Below the pieces are notes generated by a model. The model searched no databases. It was not told where the DNA came from and was given only the letters and a program-made list of their open reading frames with translations. Shown here piece by piece: positions 21,168 to 31,760 of a stretch of 64,000 bases of DNA; the stretch's first letter is position 1; every line of letters begins with the position of its first letter. A program made the translations under genes and the position numbers. The stretch comes from Nemertoderma westbladi (taxonomy: Eukaryota; Animalia; Xenacoelomorpha), in NCBI GenBank assembly GCA_032718475.1, contig JAUCBJ010002273.1, positions 62,001 through 126,000 of the forward strand, read 5' to 3'.

Positions 21168-23980
21168 ACGGAGGAAAGCAACCTAAGGACCCTTTTTCTG
21201 AATGCTGCGTAATAAATGCTCAGTCGCTTAAAAATAAACTAACTGACTTTGAGTTCTTTCTACAATCAAATGGATATGGTATTGTTGGTATCACTGAGTC
21301 CTGGTTAACAGACGAAATAACTGATAAAATGGTTAGTGGTAATGGTGACTATATGGTATTCCGGAACGATCGCGTCTCTAGGGGGGGTGGTGTCGCCATT
21401 CTTGTGCGAACAGACATCAAATGTGTCAAGGTTAAATTACCTCCGCAGTTTGAGGACACAGTAGAAGTGGTGGCCGTGGATTTGGTGGGTAGTTCCCCGA
21501 GTCGCTTTATTTGTACATATCGGTCGGGCACTATAGCAACCCTTGACTCTGACAAATTGCTTTCCCAATGTTTATCTTCTCTTTGTGAAGTTACCTACCC
21601 ATGCGTGGTAACTGGAGACTTTAACCTGCCTGATTATGATTGGGTTAAATTAACCCATCCCTCTAATGATAACTATAATGTGCTTTCTCAATGTTTCCTA
21701 GAGAATAGTCTAAATCAATTGCAGCTAAAACCTACCCGTGGTAATAATGTGTTAGACCTTGTTTTTTCTACTGAAGATATGTTTATTTCTAATGTTAATG
21801 TTTTGGCCCCTTTTAGTACAAGCGATCGCGATTCTGTTGTTTTTAGCACTTTATCTGCTGACCGTAACTTTAGTTATCATTATTGTACTGGTTTTTATGA
21901 TTTTCAAAATGCAGGCTATGATAAGTTTTCCGAGTATATAGATAACATAGCCTGGCCCTCTGTTTTCAATTCATGTTTGCTGGTAAGTGATTTCTGGGAT
22001 ATTTTTAGTGCTACTCTACGTGCATGGATTGATAAATTTGTTCCATTTAAGGTTTTTGGTGCAAAGCGTAACAAAATAGTTCAACCAGAGTTCCTTAGAC
22101 TTCTCCAGCGCAAGAAAAAACTGTTATGGCGGCGGCGCCATACAGTTAATGGTGGATTGGAATATAAGAAATGTGCTAAAGCAACCTTCCAGGCTGCCTG
22201 CACACGCGAAAATAGAATTCTAAGCTCTGGTAATATTGGAAATATTTTTGCACATATAAATTCCAAACGTAACCTGAAATCAGGTATTTCTCCATTTAAG
22301 TACAAAGGTGCAACAGTTGTTAATGATTGTGATAAGGCTCGAATTTTATCTAGTGTTTTTTCAGAAAACTTTTCACTTGATGATGGTGCTGTGCCTAATT
22401 TTGAGCGGCGTGTTCCAGCTCACGTATCTTTGTCCTCAGTCGATTTTACCCCAATTAAAGTGTATACTTTTTTACGTAAGATTGAAGGTAAATCCAGTCG
22501 CACTCCAGATGGCTTCCCCAGTTTGTTATTTAGTAATTTATCACGGTGCCTTGCAGCTCCTTTAGCTACTATATTTCAAGTATCATTTAGTAGCCATGCT
22601 CTCCCTTCTATATGGTTAACAGCTTACATTATACCGGTTTATAAGAAAGGTGATGCCTCTAATCCATATAATTATAGACCAATTTCGTTAACTTGTATTT
22701 CATGTAAGATTATGGAGATGTGTATCAAGGAGACAGTATTAGAATATTTATACTTACACAAAGTAATATCTAAATCTCAGCATGGGTTTTTAAAAAAGCT
22801 GTCTACTTGTACTCAATTATTAGAATGTGTTACGGAGTGGTGCAACTTATTGGATAAACGTCATAGCTGTGATATAATATATGTAGATTTTGCCAAAGCT
22901 TTTGATTCTGTGGTGCATAGTAAATTATTGTTTAAGCTATCTAGTTACGGTATTACTGGCGATTTACTGTTATGGTTATCTGCATTTTTAACAGATCGTA
23001 GTCAAAAAGTATTAATTGGTAATAGTTTCTCCGATGTCTGTCACGTGGTATCTGGAACACCTCAAGGAAGTGTTCTAGGCCCAATATTATTTATTATATT
23101 TATTAATGACTTACCTGATGCCATTGATCGCCGTGTATCATGTAAACTATTTGCCGACGATGTAAAGCTATATGCACAGACTTCAGATAGATTAATACTT
23201 AACAAAGCCTTATTAGATTTGGAAATGTGGTCTGCCAATTGGCAACTGCATATTGCAGTACATAAATGCAGCGTGCTTCATATCGGCTCGGCAGACCGCA
23301 CTGATTGTCAATATATGTTAGGGGGGAAGTTATTAAATGTAGAAACATCTTGTAGGGACCTCGGTATTACAATGTGCAGTAACCTTATTTTTGATACCTA
23401 TTGTCGTGAACAATCTGCAAAGGCTTTCAAAATGATCAACCTTATATTTAAGTGCTTTCACACCAACAACCGTAGTGCATTAATTATAGCTTACAAATCT
23501 TATGTGCGACCCTTGTTAGAATACTGTACATCAGTGTGGTCTCCGTATCATTTAGGAAGTATAGATTTAATTGAGCGTGTCCAGCGATATTTTACACGCC
23601 GCCTTTTTAAACGTTGTAATTTAGATTGTTCGTTAAGTTATTTAGATCGCCTTACTGACCTACAGTTGCAACCATTAGAAGTCCGACGAATAATCTATGA
23701 CCTGAAGATGACCTTTGCTATATATCATAACGACGTTGACTTAAATACTTCTGACTTCTTCAGCTTGGCTCCTAGGGCTGGGTTGAGAGGACATGACCGC
23801 AAGTTGCACCACCGGCAGTCTCGACTGTTAATGTGTAAAAATATATTTGCGTACAGAGTTGTTCCTATTTGGAACTGGCTCCCTGCTGAGATTGTTAACT
23901 CATTGTCTAAAAGCATTTTCTCTAATAAAGTTAAAGGCCTGAATCTACTTTCTTTTTGTTATTTTAACCGAGCTATGTGA
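21086..23980 (+). CDS. LINE ORF2: apurinic-like endonuclease plus reverse transcriptase (CR1 group)
   Basis: Frame is open from the stop at 21083-21085; endonuclease motifs INAQSLKNK and GITESWL lie upstream of the first ATG (21329), then RGGGVAILV, GDFNLP, LDLVF; RT motifs NYRPISLT, QHGF, DFAKAFDSV, GTPQGSVLGPILF, LFADD, RDLGI, YVRPLLEY, LRGH. Confidence 0.95.
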   Translation: MNPINKPTSISFFNLISISNISIGKRVNGGKQPKDPFSECCVINAQSLKNKLTDFEFFLQSNGYGIVGITESWLTDEITDKMVSGNGDYMVFRNDRVSRGGGVAILVRTDIKCVKVKLPPQFEDTVEVVAVDLVGSSPSRFICTYRSGTIATLDSDKLLSQCLSSLCEVTYPCVVTGDFNLPDYDWVKLTHPSNDNYNVLSQCFLENSLNQLQLKPTRGNNVLDLVFSTEDMFISNVNVLAPFSTSDRDSVVFSTLSADRNFSYHYCTGFYDFQNAGYDKFSEYIDNIAWPSVFNSCLLVSDFWDIFSATLRAWIDKFVPFKVFGAKRNKIVQPEFLRLLQRKKKLLWRRRHTVNGGLEYKKCAKATFQAACTRENRILSSGNIGNIFAHINSKRNLKSGISPFKYKGATVVNDCDKARILSSVFSENFSLDDGAVPNFERRVPAHVSLSSVDFTPIKVYTFLRKIEGKSSRTPDGFPSLLFSNLSRCLAAPLATIFQVSFSSHALPSIWLTAYIIPVYKKGDASNPYNYRPISLTCISCKIMEMCIKETVLEYLYLHKVISKSQHGFLKKLSTCTQLLECVTEWCNLLDKRHSCDIIYVDFAKAFDSVVHSKLLFKLSSYGITGDLLLWLSAFLTDRSQKVLIGNSFSDVCHVVSGTPQGSVLGPILFIIFINDLPDAIDRRVSCKLFADDVKLYAQTSDRLILNKALLDLEMWSANWQLHIAVHKCSVLHIGSADRTDCQYMLGGKLLNVETSCRDLGITMCSNLIFDTYCREQSAKAFKMINLIFKCFHTNNRSALIIAYKSYVRPLLEYCTSVWSPYHLGSIDLIERVQRYFTRRLFKRCNLDCSLSYLDRLTDLQLQPLEVRRIIYDLKMTFAIYHNDVDLNTSDFFSLAPRAGLRGHDRKLHHRQSRLLMCKNIFAYRVVPIWNWLPAEIVNSLSKSIFSNKVKGLNLLSFCYFNRAM

Positions 23981-24123
23981 TAAATATGTTTTAATAATAA
24001 TATAACCAGTTATTGTAATGTTGTCTGTCCTTCATGTTTTTTTTTAAAGTGGGTTTTATGTACTAAATGTCGAATTTTATCTGCTAATACGTTATTTTTA
24101 TTGTAAACTATTTTATAAATTTT

Positions 24124-24209
24124 TAGATATTTTGAACTATTTTAGATTTATTTTAAACTATTTTAAAACTTTGTAGATATTTTGAACTATTTTAGATTTA
24201 TTTTAAACT
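24124..24209. repeat. 50-bp-period duplication in the LINE 3' UTR
   Basis: TAGATATTTTGAACTATTTTAGATTTATTTTAAACT occurs twice, at ~24124 and ~24174. Confidence 0.85.
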
Positions 24210-24315
24210 GTTGCAAATTTGTATGCTCTATATAACCTACCGTAAGTGTACCTGGTTTGTTTTTCTCCGGTGTCTTTAATTTAATTAATATTTCACTGTT
24301 AAATAATAATAATAA

Positions 24316-24782
24316 TTAAGGAGCCCAGCATAGAGGTCAACCATAGAGCGCCGCAGATAAACCATAGAACGCCACAACCTCCTCCATTAAGGGACCCAGC
24401 ATAGAGGTCAAACATAGAACGCCACACCCTCCTCCATTAAGGAGCCCATGATAGAGGTCAACCATAGAACGCCACACCCTCCTCCATTAAGGCGCCCAGT
24501 ATAGAGGTCAACCATAGAACGCCACACCCTCCTCCATTAAGGAGCCCATGATAGAGGTCAACCATAGAACGCCACACCTTCCTCCATTAAGGAGTCCAGC
24601 ATAGAGGTCAACCATAGAGCGCCGCAGATCAACCACAGAACGCCACACCCTCCTCCATTAAGGAGCCCAGCATAGAGGTCAACCATAGAGCGCCGCAGGT
24701 CAACCATAGAACGCCACACCCTCCTCCATTAAGGCGCCCAGCATAGAGGTCAACCATAAAGCGCCACAGGTCAACCATAGAG
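24316..24782. repeat. Modular minisatellite, right arm
   Basis: Same 50-bp and 21-bp units resume in register after the LINE tail and decay towards ~24850. Confidence 0.97.
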
Positions 24783-24876
24783 GGTCATCATAGCTTTCAT
24801 AAGAAGAGGTCTACCAAAGAGTCCAAAAACTCAAAAAGACCGCCATACCCTCCCAACAAAGTAAATATATCTTAAC

Positions 24877-25105
24877 ACGAAACATTGGGGACTACAGCGA
24901 ATACCCAAACATCACGCGCCCTGTTGACACCCCAAAACGACCCTAACCCAAAACACTAACACCAACATGATGCATAAAAAAATAATATATATTTAATGTA
25001 ATTAATTATGAACTAAATTTCCAGAACAAAATATACCCAGTGGAGGTAGATGGTGTCTAGACGTCCAATCTCAACAATAATCTTTCAATTTACAGATAAT
25101 AAAAC
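24877..25105 (+). repeat. Dispersed ~228-bp repeat, copy 2
   Basis: Direct repeat of 17092-17319. Confidence 0.93.
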
Positions 25106-25229
25106 TCTGTACTCTAAGTCAACTACACTAAATCTAACACTATAATAATTCTCAAAAAAAATTAAGCGTGAACAGAACATATAAAATCTTATTAAGTCCA
25201 TTTCCTACAAATGATGTATTTGTTAAGAC

Positions 25230-26268
25230 CAAGGTGTACTAAATAACAGGTCATGCAGCGAGTGGATTACTGTAATTAGCGGAGGCCGATCTTTTCTATA
25301 TTTATGGCACTATTTTCATAATATTTCCTTAGAAACTTCTTATAAGCTACTTTTCTTAGGTGGATATGATGACTAGGGTTCAGAGAAATGTAATAAAACA
25401 TGTTTCTGGCATTTTTATATTGTTGTTGTCAAGGTAACCGGGTACAAAGTTCAAACTTTGCCCGCCTGTAATTCAAGACGACGAGGGATTTTGTTCTTGA
25501 GATTTGGCAGGTGAGTAAAGGAAATAAAAGTCTATCAGAATATTCTACATTTAAATATTTTTTCAATCCCCTTGCCATGGTAATATGTATAATGAAAAAT
25601 TTGAATAATTGTCAACCAATTCTATAAAACACAATTTTTATTCGATTTGTCAGTCTGAATATTAAGTTAAAGTTACCAACATTATATTTTATCAATCGTC
25701 AATTGTGAATATTTTTTGTAAATGTCATAAAGTGCCAACAAACAAAACTGTCCAATCAGAGAGCAAGAACTGTGATAGCATGATTTTAAGATTCCAGAAT
25801 ATTAAATTTTGGTTTGCAATTATTAGAAAAAAAGAACAGACTCCAGGCATGTCAGTTGCAATAGTAGCCCAATTTCTACCTGGCGGTCATAATGTGAAAT
25901 TATCGTTACACCCATCACCATGGAAAAGGGATAGAAAAAAGTATACCTTTCAAATATTTTGATAAGACTTTTATTTCCTTTACTCACCTGCCAAATCTCA
26001 AGAACAGAATCCCCCATCGTCTTGAATTACAGACGGGCAAAGTTTGAACTTTGTACCCGGTTACCTTGACAACAACAATATAAAAATTCCGGAAAGACAT
26101 TTTATTACATTTCAATGAACTCTATTCATCATATCCACCTAAGAAAAGTAGCACATAAGAAGTTTCTAAGGAAATATTATGAAAATAGTGCCATAAATAG
26201 GGAAAATATCGGCCTCCGCTAATTTCAGCAACCCTCCTGCTACATGCCCTGTTATTTAGTACACCTTG
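25230..26268. mobile_element. Non-autonomous foldback DNA transposon with long TIRs, probably P superfamily
   Basis: Termini CAAGGTGTACTAAATAACAGG / CCTGTTATTTAGTACACCTTG (21 bp perfect), inverted homology continuing ~350 bp inward (to ~25585 and ~25915), exact 8-bp flanking duplication GTTAAGAC at 25222-25229 and 26269-26276. CANRG ends with 7-8 bp duplications characterise P elements; hAT is the alternative. Confidence 0.88.
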
Positions 26269-26463
26269 GTTAAGACATACTTATGACAGGCTTTTATTTA
26301 TGTAATTATACAAAATATTTTTATAAAGACGAACTATTTGTGACTTACAAGGAGACAGATTCCAATACTAAAATACTGACTGTTCTAATTATATTTATAC
26401 AAACTTAACTGAAAAAAATACGTTCATATATTTATAGACTTTATATACCATACTTTATCCATA

Positions 26464-26527
26464 GTGGGCCTACAATGTAGGCCTACAATTAGGCCTACAA
26501 TTACAGTGGGCCTACAATTAGGCCTAC
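26464..26527. repeat. Short tandem repeat of GGCCTACAAT
   Basis: Five GGCCTAC copies at 12-17 bp spacing. Confidence 0.85.
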
Positions 26528-27341
26528 GCATCTGCAGTAGAAATGCGGTCTTAGAAACTCCCCTATCTATCCTGGATATTCCTCTATCAGTGTTAGGTAG
26601 GTAACCTAACCCCCCTGGGTTAGCTTATCTAACTAACACTTAGTTTAGGGTGTGACTGAAAGGACCCCTACAGACCATGGATGGATAGGCGGAAGGTAAT
26701 GAGGGCGTATCAACCAATGACGGCGTACTGCGAAGACGCCTGCAGGAGTTGCGACCACAAGCGGTTTACTCCCGCAACTGAAAGATATGAGTATGAGAAA
26801 TAAGAGCGGATATTATTATAAGTATTAGCGGATATTCACATTACTCCATAAGTTATAGCGGGTTCAATAATATATATATTTGGTGTATTTTGGGAAGTTA
26901 ACCAAAATTGATCCACCAACTATTATTGAATTGATTCTTCTTTATGATTTCTAACTTTCATGTTACATGAGATTATTAAATATGTTTAGAGTTATAGATT
27001 TTACCCAAACCAACTTCTATCTCCTAATATACATGTACAGTAGCGGAGGCTACAGTACCGTAAGTTTTACATTTAACATTTATAGCCAATACATAAACCG
27101 TAATAAAGGAATGAATTTTCGTCTATATGTCGTCTAACATTTAGATATGATTGCATTGCGACGAGGTCAAGCAGCCGGCATCGCAAAGCGGCCAGATAAA
27201 TAAGGTTATTAAACATGCATATCTACAAGCATTGCAAGATGATGATCTGTCTCTTTTTAGCAGCTCCATTGATGTATCATTGTCGTTGTATCTATAAACA
27301 GTAAAAATAAATATAGAATAATAACATTACATAACTGCGGT

Positions 27342-27418
27342 ACTTTATCTGCGGTACTCGTGTAGGCCTACTTTAAACTTTATTTGCGGTACTCGTGTAG
27401 GCCTACTTTAAACTTTAT
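27342..27418. repeat. Local ~35-bp tandem duplication
   Basis: ACTTTAT(C/T)TGCGGTACTCGTGTAGGCCTACTTTAA twice in tandem. Confidence 0.85.
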
Positions 27419-27829
27419 TAATGTCGCTGTAATTTCCTTCTTTATAAACCTATTAATTGTACAATAATACACAATTGACAATGATCCAATTTTCTAAACC
27501 TACAGAACGTTTCCTCTCTCATGATTCTAATTTACACCAAATTGTAGTACTACAGTTGAAAGCCTACATTATTACTAAAATTCATTCACCTGGAATTAGT
27601 AAGAATTTCACATTCGCTCATACCGACCTTGACTGAGAAGGTTATCAGCTGTATAAAATATTTAACACACACTAATGCTATGAAGAATTCCAAGTTTGTA
27701 AGGGAGTGGAGTTTAGGCAGTAGGGCCCAAGCAAACAGTATGGGTGTACTACATAAGTATGCCTACAATAATCTTGGCAACCTTATCGATTTATACTAAG
27801 CCTGAGTAGAAATCCATTACATAAGCCAT

Positions 27830-28080
27830 TTTTAATCATGAACACCAGCTGTTATTGGTGTTATTTTACCATTGCGTGTATGGCACTTTTCGTTTATTTC
27901 ATTTTTTGCAAAAACTAATGACTGTATTTTTTTGAAAATTGCTTTATACACCCATTCAGACCAGACACTACAGGAGGGTTCTAAAAACAACACAATTGAC
28001 CGGATAGTTTCGGAGCCTTTCGTGTGACAAACAAACAAACAGAAAAAACAAACAGACACGATTTTCTTATAGTACTGTAA
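27830..28080 (-). mobile_element. Possible 5' part of a non-autonomous Helitron-type element
   Basis: Minus strand ...CTATAAGAAAATCGTGTCTGTTTG...TTTGTTTGTTTGTCACACGAAAGGCTCCGAAACTATCCGGTCAATTG: near-terminal (TTTG)n tract followed by a core resembling invertebrate non-autonomous Helitrons (from memory; no termini confirmed). Confidence 0.4.
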
Positions 28081-28852
28081 GTAAATCAATCAATTTACAA
28101 ATTTATATTTCGAAGATTGGTACGGAGAAGTGCGTGAAGAAGAGGAGAAAAGTGTTGTTACAGTATTATGATTAATCTTTCTGAATAATATAATAAAAAA
28201 TGTATTTTATTACAATTTCTACGTTTTTTTCCCATGTAATACGTAATTTTATTCTTAAATTGGTACTTTTTTGTTGCTCAATTCTTTAATAAAACATACA
28301 GCGATATAGCGTTACAAAATAAATTGAACTGCAGTTTTTCTATATTGCATCCATAGTTACTGCGATTCAAATTTTTTTACTGTTCAACTGATGATTCTGC
28401 CTTACTCAATGTTTAATACTGTATTTTAGTGTTCTCGAATATTTACTGTATTACGTGACTAGAGAGCCGCTTAACTACATAAACCAATATATTGGATATT
28501 GAGTTCTGTTTTGGAATACGCCTTGCAGACACTAAATTTGCCATAACTTTTGAGTGCGTGCATATATTTTGCTCAAATTACGTGTAAACCTTTTCGTCAA
28601 TGCTCTTTCAACACATTTAATGAAATTTAAGAAAAATATTTTATTTTTCATTTTTCGCCGGGAAAAAAAGTAAAATCAATGCATTCCTATGGGTTACTTT
28701 TTTTCCATAGGGAAAAAAGTGCAACTTTTTCTCCCGATTTTGGTCTAATTCGAGTGAAAAAGTACAATTTAAGAATAAATAATTATTTTTACATTTAAAG
28801 TTATTTCATATGAAAAAGTAATAGCTAGTGAATAATTATTACTAAAGTTAAT

Positions 28853-29127
28853 TTTTTTTAATTAGGCAGCAGCTTATTTTTGGACAAAATTTTAATCATA
28901 ATAATAAAACAATAACATATAAACAATAAAATAGTTTTAATCGTAGGGAGCTGATTTTCATTCTGTTCGGAATATAACGCTTTTATCCAAATCCAAATCC
29001 ACTTCCAATTTTATAATTTTATTATGCTTTCTCATTAAAAAACGCTGTGAAAAAAAGCATCTTTTTAATAATTGTATTCCAACATTAGAGATTTTGCACT
29101 CTAATAGATTAGTAAATGCTGATTTCA
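28853..29127. repeat. Dispersed repeat, inverted homolog of 31467-31702
   Basis: TTTTTTTAATTAGGCAGCAGC...TCATTCTGTTCGGAATATAACGCTTTTAT...AAATCCACTTCCAATT...TTGCACTCTAATAGA matches the reverse complement of 31467-31702. Confidence 0.88.
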
Positions 29128-29760
29128 AAAATATATAGGTTTATAAGATTGTGAGACCGATTGGACGCAGATAGTTAGCTGCTACTTTGTCCTACGGTAT
29201 ACAAACTCCACGAATGATAATTGAGATGGGCATCCTGACCATTATATATAATATATTCAACTGTGAGAACAATAAAATTATGTTACTATTCTAAAGGATG
29301 CTATGTCTACATACAGTGGGTATATCAAAATTCCGCATATTTGATCAGTATATGCATACAGCGTGGATATATAATTTGCCTACCCTAACCAGCATTAGCA
29401 CCTCGCAATATAGTGTGGCAACCATAAAGAAGTCTATGAAGAAGGTTGCTTTTAATAATAGGACCCCCAATGAAGTATACAAGGCCATATATGTATCCTC
29501 CCTACTGACTTCGTACGCTGGGAATCACCCACAGTAAGACATATGAAGTGTTGCTGCAATTCTATGGACTTCTAACAAAGGAGACTGTAGGTGGGGTCTT
29601 GGACGAAAATCGTGGTCCGGAGGGTGGGATTGGCTGGTACTGACTACGGGATTCTTTATTGGTGCGACCCTCGTGCTGCTCAGAGCTCGTAGAATATCTC
29701 TCGGTGTATACAGACAGTCCCGATTAGGTAGCAGTTTAGTATCATGTTGGTATTAGAGGG

Positions 29761-30130
29761 TATAAGAATTCGCATCAAGTGGTGTTTCTTATACAAATAC
29801 GGATGTTACTGATAATTTTAACTTGCAGTATTATTTTGCAAAACTCACTAAAGCCTATTTGAATGTTAATTTTAACTATTCAGTATTAAATAAGCTAATG
29901 AGAACGCATATCAAATGGTGTTTATTTATTTTATATGTGTAAATCCCACTAAAGCCTCTTGTACTGATACTTGTAACTATGCAATATTAAGTTGCAAAAC
30001 TCACTAAAGCCTAGTTTGCCGAGAATCTTAACTATGCATTATTACACCTTGTGCGGTTACCACTAGCTGTAAGAATGCACATCAAGTTGGGCTTCTTAGA
30101 TGTGCAAACTTCACTAAACTTGATAAAAAT
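29761..30130. repeat. Old degenerate tandem repeat
   Basis: Recurring GCAAAACTCACTAAAGCCT (29838, 29994, variants near 29940 and 30104) and CATCAAGT.GG-like motifs. Confidence 0.6.
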
Positions 30131-31466
30131 TGATAACTTTAAATATGCCGAATTACGTGTTATACAGTTACTCATATGTCTTCTATATGTGTTGACACAT
30201 ATTTTACCTATACTGCCGTTGTATGTATATTTATATATACCCATGATGTTTGTTACCTTACATATATCTTATATAGTAATGATTTTAGTAATAAAGCCGT
30301 CGGGGCGAGAATACCGAAATGAATACCTACCTACGACTTAGAGGGTTGACTGAAGGTCGTCCCAATAAGTAGATACTGCTACTTTGTTCTCACGGGTAAG
30401 CAGTCGGTCCTGGGGCGAACTGTGAAGCCAGTGGGCAGAGTGCGTTAGCGCTCCAGGGCTAGTCGGCCAAAACTCAATTCTCTGACGGAACCTACCCACA
30501 CTCTTAGTTAGACACCACTATTGCGAGGCAAAGTCAGAATGGGGACACTGCAGTCTGATTGCCGAGAAGCAGAGCCAAGATAGCTTGCCAGCCATCTACA
30601 AGGCCGGATGTTAATGAATATTAAATTCGTAAAATACTGGCCGTTATAAACCCGGTATTCGGGGTCAATATGAGTTGACCCCTAATTATCACTTTCTAAG
30701 GAAGTTGTCTTTCCTGTGCAATGATTACGTTAAACACATGTAAATCATGATTGATTTTGACTGTCTAAACTGACCAATAATCGTTTACCGCAACTTTATG
30801 TTATGAGTTTTATTAGGTACATAAATATTCCAGGGCTAAACCAATAAGAAAGGAGGGGGTACATTAATTAGATGAAGCTCTCCTATTGGGTGATGGTTAT
30901 CAGGTGATATGTCGGGTGATATTAAATGGTTAACTGGAGGGTTTATAGGTGATTGAAGGTGACTGGTTAGGGAAGGCCGCTGTATATTGGATGGCGATGG
31001 CAAGGGGTTTTGAGATGAGGGAAGGGGAAGGGAATAGTTATGTGAATAATTATTGCATTTATAATCAGAACCATGACGGAGCGTATTTTTGTTGTATTGC
31101 CTACAAAAGGCGCGAAAAATCGATTGCGTACATTATAATGAATAGGGCCTACCGTATTAATTACATTATAATGAATACTGTATTAATTACATTATAATGA
31201 ATACTGCATTAATATATATTATTTATGGCCATAGTACTATTCACAACTGTTTGGAATCTCTACTGTATGTTCAACCTAAGAGGCCGATAAAAAAAATGTG
31301 GCGTATGTCTGTTTCTATGGGAACTTTCCACCATAAATAACTATTCGTTTATTTAACATGACACGATTCCGAAAATTATTCCTGAATAGCTACGATTTTG
31401 ATGCATTTGGGACGTAATTATTGCAATGCCGCTAAACAAAAACTTCTAAACCCATAATATATTTAT

Positions 31467-31760
31467 GAAACCAGCAATTATTGCTCTATTAGAGTGCAAC
31501 ATTTCGAATGTTGAAACATAATTTTGAAAAAGGTGTATTTTTTTCAAGCGTTTTTGAATGAGAAAACATAATAAAATCCTATAATTGGAAGTGGATTTGA
31601 ATAAAAGCGTTATATTCCGAACAGAATGAGCCCAAAAGCTATCCGTACGATTAAAACTCGCGCAGTTATTGTAAAAATGCGCTGCTGCCCAATTAAAAAA
31701 AAGGACTTTACGTACATCAAGGCCTTCTTCGATCAGCTGATCAAAGAAGTCATACTTATT
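31467..31760. mobile_element. Dispersed repeat ending in a 26-bp hairpin, possibly a Helentron-associated non-autonomous element 3' end
   Basis: Inverted homolog of 28853-29127, followed by CTTCTTCGATCAGCTGATCAAAGAAG (one mismatch from a perfect palindrome, ~31723-31748) and then TCATACTTATTTT. Confidence 0.5.

Larger units (their letters stand above)
19949..24315 (+). mobile_element. Near full-length CR1-group LINE inserted in the minisatellite
   Basis: Short 5' UTR, ORF1 with PHD finger and RRM-like region, ORF2 with APE endonuclease and RT, ~335-bp 3' UTR, (AAT)n tail at 24302-24316. Flanks rejoin as an intact repeat unit CCTCCA|TTAAGGAGCCCAGC. Confidence 0.95.

Noticed and set aside
21329-23980. 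ATG 21329 as the true start of ORF2
   Set aside because: Conserved endonuclease motifs lie upstream in the same open frame.
18620-24782. CRISPR-like array (constant core with variable spacers)
   Set aside because: Spacers are only two recurring types rather than unique, context is eukaryotic and no cas genes are present.
17092-25105. The 228-bp direct repeats as LTRs
   Set aside because: No TG...CA termini, primer-binding site, polypurine tract or target duplication seen.
26660-26790. Possible transposase C-terminal relic (PTDHGW...QELR)
   Set aside because: Too short and frame-broken to support without a profile search.
31128-31215. Three copies of TACATTATAATGAATA
   Set aside because: Ordinary short local tandem duplication with no further structure.
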